From the NCBI GenBank assembly GCA_050273025.1, contig CP158636.1, positions 8,246,001 to 8,310,000 of the forward strand: 64,000 nt of DNA. The letters run 5' to 3'. Positions 52,601 through 64,000 of the stretch are shown piece after piece. The position numbers and the translations under genes are program-made. The notes under the pieces are model-generated. The model was given only the letters and a program-made list of their open reading frames with translations, was not told the origin of the DNA and did no database searches. The stretch comes from Cenococcum geophilum (lineage: Eukaryota). Within the stretch, counting starts at the first letter, position 1; each line of letters starts with the position of its first letter.

Positions 52601-55600
52601 AGGTTTTTATAAAGCTTAATATCCACTAGGCCTTTTACCGAATTAGGATAAACCCTAGGTTTAAGAATCTTACTATATTCTGGATCTGTTACGGGACGTA
52701 TAAATATAAGGTACTTCCTTTTAGACTAACTAACGGACTAGCTATGTACCAGCGGTATATAAATAATGTACTCTTTAACTACCTTAATAACTTCTATACG
52801 GCCTATCTAGATAATATTATAATCTATTTAGAGAATAAACTGGAATATAAGGAGTACGTCTATAAAGTCCTATAACAGCTCCGCGAAGCTAGCCTCCAGG
52901 CCAATATTAAGAAGTTAGAATTTAGTGTTAAGCGTATAAAGTACTTAGGTTTTATTATTAGTATAAACGGAATTAAGGCCAACCTAGAGAAAACGACTGT
53001 AATTAACTAGTGGACGCCCCCTTAGACCGTAAAGGAGGTGCAATTATTTTTAGGTTTCTATAACTTCTACTAACGCTTTATTAAGAACTATAGTAGAATC
53101 ACCTAGCCTCTTAACCGCCTTACTAGAAAAGACCAGCCCTTTTACTTTAACGCTATATATATATAGGCCTTTAATAAGCTTAAAAAACGGCTAGTATTAG
53201 CCCCCCTATTTGCCCACTTTAACCTAGAATAGCCCTTAATGCTAGAAACTAATGCCTTAAACGGCGCGATAGCTAGTGTTTTTTCCTAGAAGCAACCGGA
53301 CGGAGAATGGCACCCTATTGTATACTATTTAAAGACTATAATAGATACTAAACTAAACTACCATATCTATAATAAAGAAATGCTAGCTATTATCTCTAGC
53401 TTTTAGCACTGGTGTATACAGCTAGAGGGGACCCTTAAACCTATTAAAGTAGTATTAGATTATAAGGCCCTAGAATACTTTATAATAACTAAGGCCCTTA
53501 TAGCCTAATAGGCACGCTAGGCGGACGTCCTATCTTAGTTTAACTTCTTAATTATATATAAACTAGGCGCTACGAACCATGCGGATACTCTTACTAGGCG
53601 TAAATAAGACCTAGGTAACTATATGGCTATAAAGATCTTATTACGGACTTAGATGCTACTATAACTAAAGCACCTTAACCCCTAAATATAGGCAGAACTA
53701 AGTACAGACCCCTTAGGCGCTAAGATGTATCCTATTAACCCTTTAGGACTTAACTTAATTGATAAATTGCTATAGATAAACCGTACGGCCCCTTCTCTAT
53801 AGGAGTACCGTAAAAAGGCAAAGAACGTTACCAGCCTATAGTCCTTAAAAATGGATTACTTAAGCATTAGGAATGGCTAGTAGTAATAAAGGAATAGAAC
53901 TTACGGACTCGGCTTATTACTAAAGCATATATCTAGGTCTCTACGGCTTACCCCGGAAAGAATAAGACCCATAGGATTATTGGCAACTGCTACTACTAGC
54001 CTAGAATAGTTATGGATATTAACCGCTATATATAGAACTGTAACGACTGCCGTAGGTCTATAATCCCACGAGATAAAACCCTAGGACTATTAAAACCCCT
54101 CCTAATACCCGACCGCCCCTAGCAATATATCTCTATAGACTTTTATAAGCTACCTCTAGACCATGACGGATATAATATAGTTATAATCCTAGTTAACCGC
54201 TTTAGTAAGCGCCCGTTCTTAATTCCCTATTATAAAAATATTAATACTAAAGAGGCAGCCCAACTATATATCCACTACGTCTACTAAATTTACGGACTAT
54301 TAGACACTATTATATCTAACCGCGGGCCGCAGTTTATATTAGCCTTTTAGAATAAGTTTACCCAGATTCTAGGCATTAAGCTAAAGCTTTTTACGGCATA
54401 TTACCCCCAGACAGACGGTTAAACGGAGATTGTGAATTAATACTTAGACTAAAGACTCCGGCCTTTCGTTAACTACTTTTAGGATAACTAGGCTAAACTA
54501 TTACCCTTAATAGACTACGCCTAAGCGACCCTACCCCACAACTCTACCGGATTTGCCCCTATTTAACTAGAAATAGGTTACCTACCCTATATAAGCTTTA
54601 ACTAGGAAAGACTAGAAGGGCCCTAGACTATACGCGAAAAACTATCTTATAAGGAAGCCTAGCAGTACGCTAAGCGCTTAGAAGAAGCCTAGAAAGTAGC
54701 CCATACGAACCTAAAAAAGGCCTAGAAATTAATAAAACAGCAGGTAAATAAGTATAGGCGTGAGCCTAACTTTACTATAGGCGATATAGTCTAGGTTATA
54801 ATAAAGAACTAGAAGATAGAACGGCTTAGCCGTAAGCTGAACTATAAAATAGCAGGACCGTATAAGATTCTTAATAAAGTAGGCAACTTATATAAGGTTA
54901 AGCTCCTAAACTTAATTAAAGTCCACCCTATCTTCTTACTAAATAAGCTATAGAAAGCTATAAATAACCTACTACCCGGACAAAAGAATAAACCTCCCCT
55001 GCTAATTTAAGTTAACGACGATAATAAATGGGAAATTAAAGAAATACTAGCCTATAAACTTATAAAGGGAACGTTAAAGTATTGTGTTAGTTAGAAAGGA
55101 TATAACCCAGACCCCACTTAGTACCCTATATAGAACTTTATAGGTAGCCCCTATAAGCTTTAAGAGTTTTATAGCCGTTACCCTAACAAACCTAAACTAC
55201 TAAAGTACCTAAATAAGTGGATAGAATGCTGGTATAATAAAGATAATAAGCTACTAGAAGAATATAAGGACAAAAACACCCTAGAAATTTCTTAGTCACG
55301 TAAGGTATTAAGATATCTAGGAACTTCGACCGGCGGTTAAAGTTGTCTAATTAGTCAGATTCTCTTACTAAGACTTTTAGCGGCAAAGCCTAAGGGCAGG
55401 CTTTTTTAGAGGGGGAGGTAATGTTACGGCACTAGTAGAACTTGGCAGAACTACGCACCGGCAAGTTGCCACAGATTGCCGTATATTGCGGTCACGTGAC
55501 GCGAAGATCGTATATAGCTTTGAGCGGCGCTCCCCTTCTTCTCCTTTCCTTTCTTTAGCTTTAGATTCTTGTTTATAGACAATCCAATTGTACAGGCTTG

Positions 55601-55648
55601 CGCGACCATTTTGCCGTACTTATGTCTCGATTAACTAAGTCGCTAACA
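49670..55648 (+). mobile_element. Ty3/Gypsy chromovirus copy 2, full length, RIP-mutated
   Basis: LTRs at 49670-49896 and 55422-55648; colinear with copy 1; ATTA duplicated at the flanks. Confidence 0.96.
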
Positions 55649-57400
55649 ATTAGGCCTTTAACACGGAAGGTGTTAATAAACCAGAAATTAAATAGCCATA
55701 GTTATAACTAGACGCACCTTAGAAGACTACTTGTAGGCTATATTAGAATTAACTACTAGCTGATTAAGTAATAGCACGTAGTTAACTAGCTAACGGCTAT
55801 ACACTTAGCGACGTAAGTGACACAAAAAGTGTTTCCTCTTAGATATTAGCTTTAAGCTAGGCTTCTGCTCCTGTTAATAAAGCTATAATAACTAAATTTT
55901 AGAATAAGGTAGAAATGTCTTGTTACGCTAGGCTGTTAGCTATATAGATGGAAATAATTAACGGTATATACTATCGGAAGGCCTTTTTAACTTACCTTGG
56001 CGAGGATAAGTTACTACTATAAGTTTAGGTTACTCGCGTACCGCCGGATTAATATTATAGTTGTTGTAATTTGGTACTGCTTTTAACTCTTACCTAGGCT
56101 CCGGATATCCTACTACTAATTACTTAGCTAAAAGGCGGTTCGCGACCTTATTTTGCCCTAACTCTTATTAATAAACAGATAACTACGCAGGCGGAAGCAT
56201 TATATAGCGTAGGTAGGCGCTTCCCTATACTACCAGATAGGTATATAAATAAAATATACCGTTAGCAGCTTGCATACGTATATAAACTAGGGCCGGACTT
56301 TTAGGATATGCTTACCTTTAATTATCTCTATACTAAAGCTCCTCTACTTTAGATATGGCCTTATAGAGAAGAGGCTAGGCGACTGTTAGTAGAGCAACTT
56401 TAGTACTTTATTAAGGAGGTTAATGATTTATATACTGAGATAAAGGCTATAAGATATACAAGAAAGTAATAATAGTAGTAATAGTAGTAATAGGAGCTAT
56501 AAGGCCAGCATAGTTAGGAATCTTATACTAGTGCATCTAATTACGCCGTAACTATTTGTAAAAGGGACGATACTCTTGCCATATAGGTTGCGAGATAAGA
56601 GGCGTTAAGGGCTATATAGCTACGCGCAATTAAGATGGCTGGAGCTAATAAATATACGTTATTAGGTATAGCGAGAGTTAGTATACTGCTGTTAACCTTA
56701 TAACTAGAAGAATGGGTTAATAGAGTTATTGGTACGCTAGTATTGCTATTACTAGCCTTACCTGTTCCACCTAATGGTGTATTAGAAGGTATTTAACGTG
56801 CTATAAGATAGCTTAAATAAGCTCATATCTTAGGAGTAAATGTTGCTAGGCATAGTCCTAATAATAGCTAGTTAAATGTTTAGTAGCCAGTTATTAATAT
56901 ATTAGACACGCAGAAAAGTGCTACTTTTAGTTAAAAAAGATAAAGGTAAAGGCGTAATAGTTTAGAGCCTACTACCCCATTAACACGTTAGTTGCCGTTA
57001 GTAGAGAGAGATTTAAATGTAGATAAAATGCTAACCTTTATACCTGTTTTAAAGAGAGGGCGTATAAGGCATGCGACTCTAAAGGGTAATGAAAACTTTT
57101 GTATTAAATATATTTAATTGGCCTAGGAGTTTACAGGAGTTCGTAGGAGATAGTATGTTGTTTTTAATTAGCCTAGGAGTTTGTAGGAGGTTATAGGAGT
57201 TTATAGGAGATAGTATGTTGTTTTTAATTGGCCTAGGAGTTTGTAGTAGTTTAGAAAATTAAGAATATTAAAGTAAATATAAATTAAAATTAAAAATTTG
57301 TTTAATAATATCTTTAACCTTATAAAAATATCTTCTTTGTACTTATATCTATCAACCATCTCTTATTAAAGCTTTTTTTTATTAATAAAAAGCTTTTAAA

Positions 57401-58450
57401 ATGTCTTCTCCTGCTCTCTGGGTGCGTGCGTATCCCCCTAACGTCCTTCTTAATAAGGAGAGAATACTGCGGGCTACAGCCCTCCTTTATTATTGCTAGC
57501 TTTGGTCTAGTAGAATTCGTATTAAGACGTAGTTAGTATTAGAACTCTAACTATTAACTATAAGATATAACTAACTGGATTTAATAGGCGCCCTCGCCCT
57601 TGCCCTTGCCACCGCCCTCCCCCCTTAGCAGCAGTAGTAGTAGCGATAGTAGTAGTAGTACTACTACTACTACTACCTCCTCCTCCGCCGCCGCCGCCGC
57701 TAGTGCTGCCGCCGCTGCTGTTGCCTGCCGCTGCCGCTAATAACGAGGATAAGGATGAGGATAAGGATAAGGATAAATGGTTTAGCGGTAGGGAGTTAGA
57801 AGAGGAGCCGTAAGTATTAATAACTATATAGTATGTACTTAGCTTATATATATTTATAGACCACCACCACTATTACTATTACTAACCCCGGCCCTAGCCC
57901 TGGCTCTGGCTCTGGCTCCTGCTCTGACCCTCCCCCTACTGCCCGCCCTCTTGCTACCTACCCTTACTACTACCGGGTTTGCCCTTACCTAGCGCGCCGA
58001 CCCTATCCGCCTGCCGTAGGCTTGGGCTCCCCGCGGCAAGATAACTGCTATATACGCCCCCACCGCCTAAGGTAAATAGTGGTCGCAGTTGGTGGCGGGG
58101 TTAGTGGTTATGGGGCCGAATAAGCAAAGAGATTAGGGCTATATTAGCCGGATAATGGAGACGGAGTTAGGGGTGGAGTTAGTAGGTGGTAAGCGATGCA
58201 CTGCCTGCTAAGCCTCGGGCGATAAGTGTTGGGTGTACTCTGAAAAGGGTATATAGCAGGTGAGTAGGCCTAGGGATACCTACGCTCGCTACTAAGTAGC
58301 GGCCCGCTCCGGCGGGTATAGCCTCTTAAAGTGTAGGCGTAAGGACCCTAAGGATCCCTTGCCCCCACCTTCTAGGCTAAGGTCTTTGGCGGCGTATAAG
58401 CTATTTAGTAGTCCACTACTAGGTCCTAGCAGTAGTGGCATTATAGCGTA
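57401..58450 (+). pseudogene. Accessory gene of the Academ-like element: low-complexity linker plus Cys-rich Zn2Cys6-like tail
   Basis: ATG at 57401; Ala/Pro/Ser runs, (DE)n and (PA)n tracts; tail RC.AC.ASGDKCWVYSEKG...(C)AR(C).VAARSGG(C)SL.KRR, with bracketed residues restored from TAC/TAT. Confidence 0.55.
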
Positions 58451-59019
58451 AGGCGGAGGGGGGTGGAGGTAGAGGGAGGGGTAGGTTGGTGTTGCTTTCT
58501 GGCACTCCGGTGTGCTAAAGTGGCGGCTTTTATAGTATGTTCTTTATAGGTAAGCTTTAATCTGGCTGTATTAATCTAAGGGGTAAAACCTAGTTAATGA
58601 TACTGTTTAGTGCGGGCCTAACTGTAAAGCATTCTTCGTAGGCAAGCTTTAATCTGGCTATGTTAATCCGAGGGGTAATCTTAGACGACGGCACTATTTA
58701 GTATAGGCCTAACTATAAGGTATTATGGAAGCCCTAGAGTTACCCAGTAGGTAGTATAAGTAGATAGTAGTTGAATATAGTTGCCAGGTTCTATTGTTAT
58801 CTTATATAAAATTTCGTGTAAAAGTATATATAAAAGTTTATATATAAGTTCGTATAATCTAGGAGTTTATAGGAGTTTATAGGAGTTTAAGGATTAGGTA
58901 AATTTAACCTAAGGGAGTTGCTGCTAGTATACTGGCTTAGAGCATTAATAAATGCAGGTATTTAATTTGTCTAGGAGTTTGCAGGAGTTTGTAGGAGTTT
59001 ATAGGAGTTTAGAGATTAG

Positions 59020-61780
59020 TTAGTCGTTTTAATTCCTATAAGGTTAATAAGGTCGATTGTTATAAGGTTAATTATTGTAAGGTTAATTATTGGATTAATA
59101 ACCTTATCTAACCCCTTCCTAACCTAGTTAGTATAGTCTTCTATATTAGCAAATTTATTAGTATTATTAATAGTCTTAGAAGGATATGACCCTTTAATTG
59201 TATCTAATTGTTAAATATGCTATTAGTTAAACTAATTAACCTTATCCGCTAGCACCCTAATACCTTTTTGTAAGATATTGGAAGAATTAAAGAACTTTAT
59301 ACTAGCTAATTGCTTAGTACTCCGCGGTTTAGCTAAATCTAAAGTAAAGAGAGTATAAGTAAGTAAAAATATATCTGGTAATGCTGTAGCAGTAGTATAA
59401 CTCCTAGGTATATGCTCGCTAAATATAGCCTCTAGTTTTTTACGTAAAGTTCTAACCTAAGTATTTAATAGATATACTTGGTTAAATGTAATATCCGCAT
59501 TATAGGTTGAGTTCTTATAACACTTTATTTTAATCTTATAGCTACTGTTAAGATACTTAAGCCTAAGGTTAATTACTTTGTGTGTAGTTGCCCTACTAAG
59601 CCAGTTTATAAGCCTAGAGGATAGTATTGTATACTATAACTTAGGCGTGTTTACCGGGGAGAGATTCCACCAATAGAATAATATCTCGCGGCTATAGTTG
59701 TGCTAGGACGCGCTAAAAAAGTAGATAATAAGAGGGTTAATAAAGTGCCTTAGTATACCTATATCTGTATATTTAATAGTATACCTATATCTGTATATTT
59801 AATAGTATACCTATATCTGTATATTTAATAGTATACCTATATCTGTATATTTAATAGTATACCTATATCTGTATATTTAATAGTATACCGAATAGATAAA
59901 AATAGCTTGACCTCTTAAAGCATATAATATATTGTTTGGAATTTAATATCGTTATATAGTTGCTTAGTAGAACTATTACCATTCTACGCATTTAATATAA
60001 ATGCGGCTAGACGGACGTCTTTTATAAGTTTTAAAAATTGATCTGGTGTAAGGGAACTAATAGCGTTGGTAACGTAGTCTATTTGCTTAAAGAAGTCTCT
60101 GCTAGAGGTAATAAGGTAACCCCTATATTATATCGCCGCGTAAAATAATGTAACTATGCGTGCCGTAAAGCCCTGCGCAATAATTGGTTCTATTAGGTGG
60201 TATTTAGCATTCTCCTAACTACACTAACTGCGGCCCTATATGGTAGTATTAGCCTATAGGCAATGATAAGCCTTTTCTCTAAAAAGAGTGGGTGCCTAAT
60301 GCGTATAGATAATAGTATTTAGTAGGTTTATCTAGATATGGAACCACGTAGGTAAACTAAGAAGCTAATCCCGTCGGTCGTATAGTTGGCGTGCCTAGGT
60401 TTGCTCGTTTTTAACAGCCCTAATATGGCGTGCTGTAAGTTAGTCTCTATAGATAAGCCAGAGCCGATTACGGAAGTTGTTATAGATAGCCCTAGCTTTG
60501 GTAGGGTTTTCTAGTGCCTATAAACTAAGCTAATTTAGGAATATACTTTTATAGACGCTATATATACCTTTAATAGTACCCTTATCCTTAAATATAGCCC
60601 TAAATTACTAGAACTTAGTCTTGTTTACGTTAAGACAATATATACTTAGTATTTTAGGATAGTAATTACTATCTCTAAATATAGAAGTAACGCCAGCTGT
60701 ATAAATTCTCTTAATTATATCTAATATAAGGCTTTGTGTAATACTTAACCTAATCCTACCGTCTTTACCAGATATACTAGGGGCAGCCAATATATTTTTA
60801 AGCCTAAGGGGTATTATTAGATTGTGTATAGACTAATATAGACCCGAAGTTGGTAGCTTAGGGTAAAGAACAGTAGCTGCCGTTGTTATTAACCGCATAG
60901 TATCCGTATAGCCCGTAACCTCGTCCCTTTTTCTCTCTTTAAAGTTAACGTTGTTATAGATAATTACTATCTGCTTATTAGACGCTTAAAGCTGGAGTTA
61001 TTTCTAAAGAAGTTAGTAGGTTAGCCTAGGAGTTTAGAGAAACTAAATACTATACCTTTACCGCCTTAGTGATTTTGTTTATTAACCGACTAGCCTAATA
61101 GTAACTATAATATATTCTAAGCCCTAATAGAGTCTTAATTACTTACTGCTTTATACTAGAGCCTACTAGATAGATATTTAGTATTAAAGAGAGGAAGGCA
61201 GATCGCTTTTTAGCCTAAGAATGATATACTATGCTAGTAATAGTAAATAATTGCTTAGATAACGTATTAGTCTAAAGTGAAGCGTTATAACTAGGTTGGT
61301 GGGCGCGCTAATTGCTTATAAGTCTTATAAGAATAGTATGCTATATAGGGGCAACCTCCTGGATAGTCCTAAAGGCTAGCTTAAAGTTAAGCGTCTTTAG
61401 GTCTGTAGTATGATTAAATTAAGTAAAGTAAGGCTAATGGATAAGATTATCGAGCTCTGTAGTAAAATAGTCTACTAGAGAATAACGCGAGTAGACGTCC
61501 CCTATGCGCGGATCATTTATAGTATGCCTTAGTTTAAGCCGTCGCTATTATTAACTGCTATATAGGCGGTGCTTAATTATAACCTCTTAGCCTTCTTTTA
61601 ACCTAACCTAAGTAAGTATAAAGCCTTAAAAGCTCTATTGAACGCGGCGTAGTATATTAGCCACCTGTTATAGCTTAAATTGTATAAACTGCCGTTCCCT
61701 ATTACTTATATTGTATTAATTATGGGTAGGAGAGGAAGGTCCGTTAGAGGAAGGCTAAAGGGCCTTAATAGCGTTGCTAT
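59020..61780 (-). pseudogene. DUF6589-like (Academ-type) transposase, RIP-mutated
   Basis: De-RIPped: LIHGDQLTARHIR (about 60445), LPAWFHIQMNLL (about 60340), SQHNYGREML (about 59690), IDLGLEHLN (about 59560). Family assigned from recalled motifs. Confidence 0.75.
59751..59889. repeat. Perfect 26-bp minisatellite x5.3
   Basis: (tagtatacctatatctgtatatttaa)5 followed by tagtatacc. Confidence 0.97.
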
Positions 61781-61814
61781 TAATGTGAGGTGAGGATGTG
61801 GATAGGGAGCTTAA

Positions 61815-64000
61815 TGATGGAACAATAGGGTATATTGTATAGACAGAGACGAATCCTTAAGGGAGAAGGAGGAGTCTGAGGTGTGAGGTAAGGGGTTTCC
61901 ATAGGCACGTGCAGCGTACGTGCCTCACAGGCGAGTCGCCTGCGGGTCGCCTGTACCTCGCAGCTATATAACTATATGCTTAGGTTTTACCTGACAATGC
62001 CCCCCCCTTTAAAAAGGGTTGTCCCCGATTCTTTACGTACTTAGGCCTTAATAAAACCCCATAAAAAACCTTAATAAGGAAAAATTGAAAAGGGAAAGAG
62101 TGTCCTAATTTTACGCACGAAAAGATAGGTATATACTTCGCCGGTAAGTTATAGGTTATTCGTATATAGCCAGGCGTATAGTGGTAAGGCAGTATACCCG
62201 TTAAATCCACCGCTAACCCTATACTTTGGCCTTATACTATACCTACGTAGCATATAAAGATTCCGCCAAGTTCTACCAAATTCTGCTAAATTCTGCCAAA
62301 TTCTAAATGCGTACTTATATAAGCAGGTCGCTAATACCTCATAGGTAGGTCATAGGTTATTCGCATGCAGCTAGATTTATAAACGGTAAGGCTATATACC
62401 TATTAAATCCGCTGCTGACCCCGCTTTAGCCTTACGCTATACTAGCGTAGCGCCGTATATACTTCGTGGGTAGGTTATAGGTTATTTGCATATAGCTAGA
62501 CGTATAGTAGTAGGGCAGTATACCCATTAAATCCACCGCCGACTTTATACTTTAGCCTTACGTTATCTGCGTAGCACATGCGTAGCATATACGTAGTTAT
62601 ATCGGGTTGCGATGCGCCTGCGTAAGGTATGCGTTTAGGGGTATACGGTATCTAAGTCTTCTGCCTATTTAATATTGGGTTACAATACGCCTACGCACGA
62701 TATACGTTTAGGGGTATACGGTATCCAAGTCTAATATATAAATCGTCAGTACAGGTTACTACTAGCAGGTCACCAGTAGGTTATAGACCCCGGTTAAAGG
62801 ACCCTAGTTACGGATAGATCTGTCCTCTAAGATATAAGTTATTAGTATAGGTCGCTATTAGCAGGTTACTAGTGGGTTAAAGGACCCCAATTAAAGGACC
62901 CCGGTTATAGGTAGTATCTATTACCAATAGGGACTCGCCCCTAAGTTAGCTAATTATACATAGAGCGTAAGGCGTCCCTTTTACTCTACGGATAAAATCA
63001 ACTAGTGACTTGTAGGGTCGTTAGGTCGCAATACGCCTGCGTAAGGTATACGCTTAGGGGTATATGGTATCTAAGCTTTCTTTTCTCTAATATTAGGTTA
63101 TAATATACCTGCGTATAATATGCGTTTAGGGTATACGGTATCTAAGTCTTCTTCCTATTTAATGTTAGGTCGCGATGCGCCTATATAAGGTATATATTTA
63201 GGGTATATATTATCTAAGTCTTTATAGAGTAATATATATATCGTTAGTATAGGTTACTACTAGTAGGTTACTAGTAGGTCGTAGACCCTGGTTAAAGGAC
63301 CCCGGTTATAGACGGGCCTATTATATAACATATACACATAGTTGTTAGTATAGGTTACTACTAGTAGGTCACTAGTAGGTTAAAGGACCCTAGTTAAAGG
63401 ACCCTAGTTATAAATGGACCTGCTACCTATTACCTAACGGCTAGAACTTATTTATAACGGCTTACCGCTAGTGTTCTTTGCGGTTACTGCCTACGTTCCT
63501 CTAGTAAGTTATAGGCGTAGTGCCAGCGTCTAGGGGGTCCTTAGGGCCATCCGGCTATTAAGTAGTCTCCCTAGGAGTTTACTTAAGAAAGCCTCGCCTT
63601 CCTTAGGTTCTGTCTTCTAAACCTAACCCTATAAAGCTTACGCTATAACTACGCTTTAAGCGTAAGGATCTACTATTAACTATACGATCTTCCGCAAGCT
63701 TTATAGTATTAAGCAATTGCTTTACACGGTAGACTTTAGTAAAAAGGTCCTTAGTAGTTCTTACCTATACAGCAAAGTTCTAGCAGAAGAGCTCTGCTTA
63801 TAGGTAGATTAGGAGATATAAGAACTAAAAGTTTACCTGCTAATTAGGATTAATAAAGGGGGTATATAATAAGAGGTCCTCTAAGCTATATATACGGGCT
63901 AAAAAGGTATTAAACTTCTGGTTCTCCTTTATTATAGTCGTATAGTACACAGTAGCATTATTAAAGCGTCTTACTATAGGGTCCTTAATCTGGTCTTAAA
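61815..64000 (-). mobile_element. LTR retroelement 3' part: LTR 61815-61996, PPT, repeat-rich 3' region, gag-like ORF running off the window
   Basis: Minus strand shows an AAAGGGGGGGG purine tract, then TGTCAGG...CCATCA (182 bp). The de-RIPped frame at 63430-64000 (QDQI.DP..RRF..A.VYH...MKENQKF..FLARIHSLED) resembles retrotransposon gag. Confidence 0.7.

Larger units (their letters stand above)
41914..57110 (+). pseudogene. RecQ-type SF2 helicase, RIP-mutated, split by Copia B and Gypsy 2
   Basis: De-RIPped: PYPEQ, RTGFGKSL (about 42220), IDECHLV (about 42520), GCSATL (about 42625), IMVATTSL.MGINVPDI (about 49500-49545), WQRLGRGGR (about 49600), and a Cys cluster at about 55970-56070. Start and end are approximate. 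Confidence 0.88.
41276..61814. mobile_element. AcademH-like DNA transposon (helicase + accessory gene + transposase); left end tentative, right end not in view
   Basis: Convergent RecQ-type helicase (+) and DUF6589-like ORF (-), with a shared repeated motif in all intergenic spaces. Candidate left terminus TAGGCCGCACGC at about 41276. Confidence 0.72.

Noticed and set aside
42200..57110. Host RecQ/SGS1 or telomere-linked helicase gene
   Set aside because: It is heavily RIP-mutated, implying multiple copies, and linked to a transposase-like ORF with no telomere in view; a TE origin fits better.
59751..59889. CRISPR-like direct repeats
   Set aside because: No spacers and a eukaryotic context; it is a simple minisatellite.
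29156..62210. Short ORF-track calls within the TE island
   Set aside because: They are chance or antisense frames in RIP-mutated sequence; the real frames are full of stops.
24030..64000. Starship-type giant element
   Set aside because: No tyrosine-recombinase captain or host-like cargo genes were recognised; the content is explained by nested TEs.

Overview
Genomic window from a filamentous ascomycete with strong repeat-induced point mutation (RIP); it has two halves. Bases 1-24 kb begin with a RIP-decayed Tc1/mariner transposon holding two solo LTRs. A gene block follows in which intact genes (FAD monooxygenase, RBR E3 ligase, NUR1/Mug154-like, VMA7, NPC2-like ML protein, maleylacetoacetate isomerase) are mixed with about eight decaying accessory genes. 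Bases 24-64 kb are an AT-rich, RIP-mutated nest of transposons with almost no open ORFs. The nest has a minus-strand Helitron (Rep + PIF1) with a 4x257-bp array and a GC hairpin, and a large AcademH-like DNA transposon (RecQ-type helicase, a Cys6 accessory gene and a DUF6589-like transposase). Inserted into these are two chromodomain Gypsy copies, two Copia copies with shared LTRs, a third solo LTR, a truncated Copia fragment and a gag-bearing LTR element that runs off the right edge. All TE protein calls come from reading RIP-damaged frames by eye and recalling family motifs; no searches were run.
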